Source of the DNA: Candidatus Latescibacterota bacterium
GTDB lineage: Bacteria; Latescibacterota; UBA2968; UBA8231
DNA: 64,000 nt
NCBI GenBank assembly: GCA_965206595.1
Contig: OZ242214.1
Location: forward strand, 4,512,001-4,576,000
Reading direction: 5' to 3'
A program made the position numbers and the translations under genes. Shown piece by piece: positions 20,746 through 28,486 of the stretch; position 1 is the first letter of the stretch, and the number at the start of each line of letters is the position of its first letter. The notes below the pieces were generated by a model. It made no database searches, was not told where the DNA came from, and saw only the letters and a list, made by a program, of their open reading frames with translations.

Positions 20746-20749
20746 GAGT

Positions 20750-20925
20750 CCCGTTGCATCGCCGGGAATTACGCTCTGAGGCACTTCCAGCGGTCGCTCG
20801 CTGTTCCATACCCGTGCTTCGAACCCCGTTCCGTAGCGCAGAACCTGCGCGCTGAATTCCACCTCGACGAGAGCACCGCCGTCCCCCGGGTCCAGCCGCG
20901 GAATGGCGACCGCCGCGAATTGGAA
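20750..20925 (-). pseudogene. Internal fragment of a third FlgD-CTD family paralog
   Basis: FAAVAIPRLDPGDGGALVEVEFSAQVLRYGTGFEARV...LEVPQSVIPGDA aligns by eye to FAVQIPRVDSNHNGMLIELTFQARVFDYDTPFAARL...FEVPQVVSEGDA of 1954-3930. Confidence 0.7.
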
Positions 20926-20929
20926 TCTG

Positions 20930-21246
20930 TTTTCTGCCTGGGCGACACTGCTGGTTGCACCTGCGGATGCGATCCGGACCTTGATAGGGGAGGCAGACTT
21001 CCGGCTTTTTCCCGCTGGGCGGAACTGTCCGGGTTGGGCTCTGAGGAAGACTTGCGAAACAAGGGGATCGGCGCCTGGGTTGGCCGGCATGCAGTCCAAT
21101 GGCTCGTCATGGCAGGGAAGACGCCCTGTGTGTTGTGTGTCGCAATGGATGATGGGAAGAACGGCGCGGGGAGATTCTATCGGCGATTCGGATGGTCCCC
21201 GGTTGTCCGGCTGAAAAGAGGATGGACCAGAACCATATCAAGTTGA
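20930..21246 (+). pseudogene. C-terminal fragment of a GNAT acetyltransferase
   Basis: EDLRNKGIG (motif A R/QxxGxG) and AGRFYRRFGW (motif B). No N-terminus. Confidence 0.55.
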
Positions 21247-21338
21247 TCCTCGGCCAGCCGCCTTTCCGCGCTGTTTTCCCGGCGCCGCCGTGGCGGTCCG
21301 TGACCGACTGAATCCCTTCCTTTCCACGAAAGCGAGCC

Positions 21339-22349
21339 ATGCATCTGCAGGATCTGTTCACTTCCGGACTTGAAGGCTACCACACCTACCGCATACCCGC
21401 CCTGGCCGTGGCGTCGGACGGAACGGTGCTGGCCTTTTGCGAGGCGCGCCGCCACACCGGGCACGACGACGACGAGATCGACATTCTCCTGCGCCGCAGC
21501 ACCGACGGGGGGCGCACCTGGAGCCCCCGGCAGCTGGTCGTCGCCGACGGAGATCGCACCTGCGGCAACCCCTGCCCGGTTGTCGACCGCGTCCGCGGCG
21601 AGGTGTTGCTCCCCTTCTGCAAGGACAACCAGGAGGTTTTCGTCACCCGTAGCACCGACAGCGGGGGAACTTGGTCCGCTCCGGTGGAAATCACAGCCCA
21701 GGTGAAGGTTCCTCCATGGTCCTACCTCGGCACCGGACCCGGCCACGGCATCCAACTGCAAAGCGGGCGTCTGCTCGTGCCCTCCTGGGTCGACGAGAGC
21801 CCCGGCCCGGCAACCTGGCGCCAGCCGCCCCCCAGGTGGGGCAAGGTGCAGTCCTCCATCGCTCTTTTCAGCGACGACGGCGGTAATACGTGGAAGTCCG
21901 GCTCCAAGCTGACCCACGACGCCTCGGACGAATGCGAGGCGGTGGAAACCGCCGATGGCTCGGTGTACCTGACGCTGCGCAGCCGCGGCGGCCGCAGGTG
22001 CAGGGGCTGGTCGCGCAGCACCGACGGGGGCGAAACCTGGTCGGAGGTCGCCTTCGATCCAGGCCTGCCGGAACCATCCTGCCAGGGCAGCGTTGTGGCC
22101 CTCGGAGACGGTCGCCTTCTACTGGCGCATCCCGGCAGGCCCTACGCGCGCGCCGAGTTGACCCTGCGGCTGAGCAGGGACCAGGGGCGGAGCTGGTCCT
22201 CGGCGGGGGTGCTCGAGCCGGGGGCGGCAGCCTATTCCGATCTGGCGGTCACTTCCGAGGGGCAGGTTTTGTGCCTGTACGAAGCCGGGCAGTACGGCTG
22301 TCTGCGCCTGACCCGCTTCCATCCTTCCTGGATTGAGGCGGGTGCTTGA
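21339..22349 (+). CDS. Sialidase family protein (GH33 / BNR repeats)
   Basis: YRIP motif, five Asp-boxes (STDGGRTW, STDSGGTW, SDDGGNTW, STDGGETW, SRDQGRSW), AAYS, CLYE. No signal peptide. Confidence 0.9.
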   Translation: MHLQDLFTSGLEGYHTYRIPALAVASDGTVLAFCEARRHTGHDDDEIDILLRRSTDGGRTWSPRQLVVADGDRTCGNPCPVVDRVRGEVLLPFCKDNQEVFVTRSTDSGGTWSAPVEITAQVKVPPWSYLGTGPGHGIQLQSGRLLVPSWVDESPGPATWRQPPPRWGKVQSSIALFSDDGGNTWKSGSKLTHDASDECEAVETADGSVYLTLRSRGGRRCRGWSRSTDGGETWSEVAFDPGLPEPSCQGSVVALGDGRLLLAHPGRPYARAELTLRLSRDQGRSWSSAGVLEPGAAAYSDLAVTSEGQVLCLYEAGQYGCLRLTRFHPSWIEAGA

Positions 22350-22452
22350 TGATATGGCCGCAGCAAAGATTTGAGGGTAAATTGCGAGACCTGTCCAATC
22401 AGGTCTCTGATGACGGACGGAAAACCGTTGGCCTACAATTTAGGCATTTCGC

Positions 22453-23917
22453 GGCTATATCCGGGTTTTTCAAAGGATATTTTATAGCATGTAACAGAGA
22501 GAGATATTGAGTGATTCACACGGTACGGAATCGGGTCGGGATCTGCGCAGGGATATCGAGGTCTCCGACGCACAGGTAAATGAGGTCGGCAAAGGCATCC
22601 AGAGATTTAAATCCACTGGCTCGATTCTTGACCATGCGGATGATGCGGTTGAGGCCTTCGGCGGCGGCGTTGGTCAGGTGCGTGTCGACGAAAGCGGTGA
22701 TGCCGGCCGCATGCTTTCGCACGGTGCCCACAAACCTGCGCAAGGGCTCCAGGCGGCTGCGCAGGGCCGCCGTCGTCCACTCCTTGAGGAAGCGTTCGGC
22801 GGCCCAGCGCGCCTTGTAGCGTCAGAAGTGCTCGAACTCGTCCTTCAGGCGCCAGGCGCGGTAGATGCGGCGGTTGGCCTTCTCCAGGGTTTTGAGCGTG
22901 CGCCGGTCCTTTGGCGAGCGCCGGGCGGAGTGATGCAGCAGCACCCAGCGCAGGCCCTTGAGCAGCTTGCGGTCCTCGCCGCAGGCTTGCCGCCACTGTT
23001 CCTTGCGCACCTCCTCGACGGCTTCGTTGAGGGCCTTGACGACGTGGAATCGGTCCAGGACGAGCTGGGCGTTGGGGCCGTGCTGCCGGATGGCGCCGAT
23101 GAAGGTCTCGCTCATATCGCAGCAGGCCCAGCGGATGCGGTCCTTCCGGAAGGCGCTGAGATGGTCCCGGAAGAACGTATCGATGGTCTCCCGTGCCTTG
23201 CCCTTGCCGACCCAGACGACGCAGGAGCGCTCCAGGTCGTAGACCAGGGTGGCGTATTTATGGCCCTTGGCGTAGGAGATCTCGTCGATGCCGAGGGTCG
23301 TCAGCGCGCGAATGCGGTGCCCCGTGCGCCGGCGCGCGATGAGCCGGTGCAACTGATCGGACAGGGTCGAAGGAGCCAGGCCCAGCAAGCGCGCGGCGGT
23401 GACCTGCGGCATCCACTGGCAGTACTTCAGCAGCAGGTATTCGAAGCGGTAGCTGACCCGGGCCGAGGGCGCCGCCCAGGGCACCTCCTCGACGTGCCGG
23501 CCGTGGGTCGGACAGCGGATCTCTCGAGGGCGGTAGTACAACCAGACGGTACGGCCGCAGATGCGGACGTCGCGCCAGCGGCGGGGCTCCATGACCCGTA
23601 CGATCTTGCCCCGGCGCCCACACTGGGGACAGCGGCACCCATTGTTGTGGGGCTGCACCGAGACCACGACGGCCGCTTCCTCCCCGTGTCCTTCGAAGCA
23701 CACGCCCACAGCGCCAAACCCCTTGAACTTGAACAGCTTGGAGACGAACTTCATAGCGGTCATAGGTCGGCTTCCCTTCCCTTTCCTGGGGAGTGCTTGA
23801 TGGGGATACACCAAGCATAGGGAACGACCTATGGCCTTGTCATGTACTCAGATGAACAGCAAGGGCTCAGGTGCTTTCCGTACTTACGTTTCGGCGTTGA
23901 AAAACCCGGATAGACCC
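22453..23917 (-). mobile_element. ISL3-family insertion sequence, 1465 bp
   Basis: Terminal IRs GGCTATATCCGGGTTTTTCAA and revcomp GGGTCTATCCGGGTTTTTCAA (19/21). Flanking 8-bp repeat CATTTCGC (22445-22452) and CATTTCAC (23918-23925). Confidence 0.92.
22516..23763 (-). pseudogene. ISL3 transposase with in-frame TGA at 22822-22824
   Basis: Zn-finger CPQC...CPTH, GIDE, CCDM, DRFHV, TNAAAEGLN. Reading continues in frame past KDEFEHF*RYK (likely TGG>TGA). Confidence 0.9.
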
Positions 23918-23942
23918 CATTTCACCATACGAAGAGGACAGA

Positions 23943-24414
23943 ATGGCTATTAAATGCTTTGAATGGGATATACAAGAAATTGCAAAGGCTTTGAAAATTT
24001 CGGAAAAGGCCGTCAAAGAGTATTTCAGGGATGGAAGGAGGATCTCCTTTTTGCTTGAAAGGCGGATAGCTTACGAAATGTTGGATGGTTCACTTGCACA
24101 CAGTGAAGGAGCAGGCTACGATGTTCTTGACTCTGAAGGCAAGAAATGGGAAGTTCGAAGTGTGTCGTCTGGTGGGGTATATTTCTGCCCCAGTTGTATG
24201 GTTGGTTCAGGACGAAGGTTTGAAGAATCGGGGTTTCTTAAAAAAAATGAACGAAATAGCAGGATATATTGTCTCTGATATACAGGAGTTTCCTGCGGTT
24301 CCTTGTTGGATAATTCCGGTTGAAACAGTGAGTGAATGGTGGCAAAAGGGCGAATTGGGTACCACCACCAAAATCACCAGGGATAAAGCCCTGAAGCTAA
24401 TTCGGAGGATGTGA
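23943..24414 (+). pseudogene. Small (~156 aa when repaired) putative restriction endonuclease, frameshifted in an A8 run
   Basis: ORF 23943-24278 joins the frame ending 24414 if A8 (24240-24247) is A7. GYDVLDSEGKKWEVRS resembles PD-(D/E)XK. Abuts the MTase; AT-rich. Confidence 0.6.
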
Positions 24415-25695
24415 ATGAAAGTAAATCAATTACAAATTTTTGATCAGTCTGACCCCCAGACTGAATCACTTTCCTTCGAAAATTTCCAGTCAGCCGTCGA
24501 AAGATTCAATGACTTTCACAAAACGACGGTTGTTCTAAAATTCCCGGACCCAGACTTCGACATTCCCGTCTACGTAAATGAATTCTGGACTTCCCAGCAA
24601 AGAGCAGCTCATTCACTTCACGAAGTCTCGTATCGTGCTTGCTTCAAGCCTCAGCTACCAAGGTTTTTTATTCAAAGACTTTCTTGTCAAGGCGACATTG
24701 TCTACGATCCTTTTATGGGGCGGGGAACTACAGTCATTGAGGGTGCCCTGTTAGGGCGAACACCCGTTGGTACGGATATCAACCCTTTAAGTAAAATCTT
24801 TGTAGCTCCTCGACTCAACCCCCCTTCGACAGAGGCTATCTTTGAGCGACTCAAATCGATTCCCTTAGAAAAGAGATGTAGCACTTGGGAAGAATTGCTA
24901 GCTTTCTATCATCCTAGTACACTACTCCAAATAACCAACTTGCGAAACTACCTACTTGAAAAACAAGAGGATGGCAGCCTCGATGTGATCGACGAATGGA
25001 TAAGAATGGTTGCCACAAACAGGTTGACAGGTCATTCACCCGGGTTTTTTTCCGTCTATACACTACCCCCTAATCAGGCGGTTACGATTGAACGACAGAA
25101 AAAAATAAACCAGAATAGAAACCAGACGCCTCCCCAAAGAAATCTCAGAAACCTGATTTTTAAAAAATCTGTTTCACTACTTAGTAAGATGAGCAGGAAT
25201 GACGCTGAAATGCTGTGTAAATCCAGTATGAATGCTTTACTTATAACAGGGTCATCCGAAAACACACCAGAAATTGAAGGCGACTCCATTAGTTTAGTTG
25301 TTACCTCACCACCCTTTTTGGATGTGGTTGACTATCAAACAGACAACTGGTTGCGATGCTGGTTTAATGGGATAAACGCCCAATCCGTGGACATTTGGCA
25401 TATTAAGAAACCAGAGGACTGGGAAGCTGCAATGACTCGGGCCTTTCTTGAGCTGAGAAGAATCCTCAAACCAAATGGTTATGTTGCTTTTGAAGTAGGA
25501 GAGGTTCGTAATGGGAAAATCCTGTTGGAATCTCTTGTGGTGCCTGCTGCAACTGAAGCTGGCCTAGATCCCCTTCTTGTTTTGGTTAATGACCAGATAT
25601 TTACAAAGACTTCAAATTGCTGGGGCGTAGACAATCTGAAAAAAGGAACCAACACCAACCGGATAGTCCTACTAAGGAAGCCCGATATGTTGTAA
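24415..25695 (+). CDS. Site-specific amino DNA methyltransferase (probably N4-cytosine; motif I before motif IV)
   Basis: DPFMGRGTT (SAM binding) followed by VVTSPPF (catalytic), RILKPNG. AT-rich. GGAGG RBS; ATG immediately after the upstream stop. Confidence 0.9.
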   Translation: MKVNQLQIFDQSDPQTESLSFENFQSAVERFNDFHKTTVVLKFPDPDFDIPVYVNEFWTSQQRAAHSLHEVSYRACFKPQLPRFFIQRLSCQGDIVYDPFMGRGTTVIEGALLGRTPVGTDINPLSKIFVAPRLNPPSTEAIFERLKSIPLEKRCSTWEELLAFYHPSTLLQITNLRNYLLEKQEDGSLDVIDEWIRMVATNRLTGHSPGFFSVYTLPPNQAVTIERQKKINQNRNQTPPQRNLRNLIFKKSVSLLSKMSRNDAEMLCKSSMNALLITGSSENTPEIEGDSISLVVTSPPFLDVVDYQTDNWLRCWFNGINAQSVDIWHIKKPEDWEAAMTRAFLELRRILKPNGYVAFEVGEVRNGKILLESLVVPAATEAGLDPLLVLVNDQIFTKTSNCWGVDNLKKGTNTNRIVLLRKPDML

Positions 25696-25917
25696 CCTGC
25701 CCTTTGATCCGTTCGCGGGCAACAGTGGAGTTATCCTAATCCGGCTGGAAAAGGCGCGGAAAAACTCCTTGGATCGTCCGTTCGGCGAGGAGTTGCATAA
25801 ATGAAGTTCGGCAGGCCAGACAACACATGTTAACCTTGGCATCGACGGGTGCTGTGCTTGGTGGATAAACAGCAAATCGAACGCTAGTCCCGCCCGCGGT
25901 GCTTCCCGTCGAGCTAT

Positions 25918-26665
25918 TCAGGTACTGTCGCGCAGGTAGCGCGCAACCGCCCCCACCGGCGCCGTCCAGATGGAATCCCGCCACTCCCCGATAGTCGACC
26001 AGGTCCTGGTGCACCCCGGGATCGATGTACAGGCTGTGAGTGCCTTCGCCGACTCCGTGGATCATGTAGATGATCCAGCCGCCTGAGGCGACGGCGGCGG
26101 CGATTTCCTGCCGGAGAGGGGCGAAACCGCGGCCGTCGCCGCTGAAATGCCCCAGGGCGTTGAAGTTGATTGTCGCCGCATCGACGGCCCGGTTGTTGAA
26201 GGGGCCGCGGCCGGCGACGAACAGTTTCTCGATCAGCGGCTCGAGGCTGTGAAGCGCATCCCCCTCGCCGAGATCGGTGTTGCAGCAGGTGTTTCCGAAG
26301 GAACGCTCCTCCCTGCCGTCCAGCGACGACAGGATGGCGTTCGCGGTGCGCATTTCGTCCGTCCACCGGCGGGGGGTGTACCTGCGCAGGTCGTACTCGT
26401 CGGCGAGCCAGTCGTTGCCCGGGTTCTTGCGGCACGGGTGAAAGATGCTGTGGTTGCCGAGCTCGTGGCCCCTGGCGGCGACATCGCACCAGGCACCGGG
26501 GTTGTTCATCAGGTTGGTAATGTGGGTGTAGAAGGTCACCTTCAGTCCATGGGTTTCCCATGCGGAAGCGACCCTCTCGTAGTGACAGGGCAGGGCGTCG
26601 TCGTAGCTGATTGATACGGCTCCCTGCAGACCTTTCGGCCAGGAAAATGCCGGCTTTTCAGTCAT
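25918..26665 (-). CDS. Polysaccharide deacetylase family protein; frameshift near C-terminus
   Basis: SISYDD, GHELGNHS..HP, GGWIIYMIHGVG. The natural-looking tail GEWRDSIWTAPVGAVARYL* is out of frame after ~25990. Confidence 0.75.
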
Positions 26666-26671
26666 TCGGAA

Positions 26672-28486
26672 CTATTCCCCGCCCAGGGGATCCCGCGCGA
26701 GGATCCCTTCTCCCTGGGTAACCAGGTAACTGAAACCGGGGTCCATTTTTTCCCTTAGCACCTCTTCGGTCCCGTCGGGCCACCACACCCTCAGGCTGTC
26801 GACCGATGTGGCCTCTCCCAGTCCATAGGTCAGAACCAGGCTGCTCTGGCTCAGGTAGGAGGAGCCGGTGCGCACCATCCCCTGCTGCCGCTGCCCCCCC
26901 GCGGTCAGGGCGACGCGCGCGCCGATGGCGTCGCGGTTGGAAGGTCGGCCCTGCAGGCGGAAAGCGATCGCCCGGGAGCCGGAGCCTCCCTCGTTGCGCA
27001 GCAGGCGGGCGGCGCCCCCGTTCTCCGTCATCAGGACGTCCGGTCTGCCGTTGCCGTCGATGTCTCCGATGGCGAGGCCGCGCGCGACCATGGGCTGCTG
27101 AAAGACCTCTCCCGACTGCTCCGACACCTCGACCAGGATTCCCTCTCCGTCGTTCCAGAACAGCTGCGGAGCCTGGGCGTACTCGATCTCCTTCTGCACG
27201 GTGTTGATGTCCGGCTCGATGTGGCCGTTGGCGATGATGAGATCCTGGAAGCCATCGAGGTCGTAGTCGAAGAAGCGCAGGCCGAAGGTCAGGGTGGGCA
27301 GCGTCGGCTGCACCAGGCGGCTGCGGCCGGCCACGTCGAGGAACGCCGAGCTCGTCTGCCGGCGGTAGAGCGACAGGGCCTCGCGGCTGAAGTTGCCGAT
27401 GCCGATCGTGGCCACGCCGTCGTTGGCCAGCGACGCCACGTCGACCCCCATACCGGCGCGCGCCCGGCCCGATTCGTCGTAGCCGATGCCGACAGCGAGG
27501 CCGACCTCCTCGAAGCGGCCCCCGGTGTTTCTCAGCAGGAAGTTCGGCTGCGTGTCGTTGGTCACCACGAGGTCGGGAAAGCCGTCCTCCTCGAAGTCGG
27601 CCACGGCGACCCCCATCGACTTGGCATGCGGTAGTAGCACTCCCGCTTCTTCGGTGATCTCGTCGAAGTCCCCGTCGCCGCGGTTGCGGTACAGGCGGCA
27701 GGTCGAGCCGGGGTACTGCTGCGGCGTGGCGTACGACTTGTTCTCGCCGTCGAAGGAGAAGAACAGGTCGGTATCGGGGGACCAGCGCACGTAGTTGGTG
27801 ACGAACAGGTCGAGCCAGCCGTCGCCGTCGATGTCGGCCCATACGGCGCTCGTCGACCACTCGGGGTGGCTGCCTCCGGCCTCGTCCTCCCACAGGTTTC
27901 CCTGCACCCCGGAGGCCGCGGCCCTGTCGGCGAAGCGGCCGTTGCTGTTCTCGAGCAGCAGGTTCGGCCCGAGGGTGGTCAGGTAGATGTCGAGGTCGGC
28001 GTCGGCGTCGTAGTCGGCCGCGGCGACCCCCATGCCGTAGACGGAAAAGCCGAGCCCGGCGGCGTCGGTGACCTCGGCGAACGACTCGCTGCCGTCGTTG
28101 CGGTAGAGCTCGCTGGTCGGGGAGGCCCCGGCCGTGGGGGCGTGCTTTTTCCAATGGGTGCTGTTGACGAGAAGGATATCGTCGTCGCCGTCGCCGTCGT
28201 AGTCGAGGAAGGCGCAACCGCTGCCCATCGTCTCCGGCATCCACTTGTCCCCTGCGGCACCGGTTTCGTGGGCGAACTCGATGCCGGCTTCCGCGGCGAT
28301 GTCGGTGAAGCGGACGCCGGGCGGCTGCTTCCGCTCGCTTACGGAGGTGTAGTCGGGCCCCGGATCGGTCCGGGTGTACGCCGGAGGCGGGGCGGCCTCC
28401 TCGACCTTCTCTTCACCGCAGGCGGAAAGCAGGAGCAGGGCCGCGGCGCCAGCCAGCGCCGGGCGCAGCGAAGGCGGGACGGTCAT
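26672..28486 (-). CDS. CRTAC1-like FG-GAP repeat / ASPIC-UnbV lipoprotein
   Basis: Lipobox LLLSAC, repeated DxDGDGxxD motifs, C-terminal SNRDAIGARV...GSSYLSQS...YGLG...VWWPDG. Confidence 0.9.
   Translation of the reverse strand: MTVPPSLRPALAGAAALLLLSACGEEKVEEAAPPPAYTRTDPGPDYTSVSERKQPPGVRFTDIAAEAGIEFAHETGAAGDKWMPETMGSGCAFLDYDGDGDDDILLVNSTHWKKHAPTAGASPTSELYRNDGSESFAEVTDAAGLGFSVYGMGVAAADYDADADLDIYLTTLGPNLLLENSNGRFADRAAASGVQGNLWEDEAGGSHPEWSTSAVWADIDGDGWLDLFVTNYVRWSPDTDLFFSFDGENKSYATPQQYPGSTCRLYRNRGDGDFDEITEEAGVLLPHAKSMGVAVADFEEDGFPDLVVTNDTQPNFLLRNTGGRFEEVGLAVGIGYDESGRARAGMGVDVASLANDGVATIGIGNFSREALSLYRRQTSSAFLDVAGRSRLVQPTLPTLTFGLRFFDYDLDGFQDLIIANGHIEPDINTVQKEIEYAQAPQLFWNDGEGILVEVSEQSGEVFQQPMVARGLAIGDIDGNGRPDVLMTENGGAARLLRNEGGSGSRAIAFRLQGRPSNRDAIGARVALTAGGQRQQGMVRTGSSYLSQSSLVLTYGLGEATSVDSLRVWWPDGTEEVLREKMDPGFSYLVTQGEGILARDPLGGE

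Noticed and set aside
22822-22824. Programmed readthrough or selenocysteine at the transposase TGA
   Set aside because: The position fits a Trp codon mutated TGG>TGA, other genes here use TGA as stop, and no SECIS-like support was seen.
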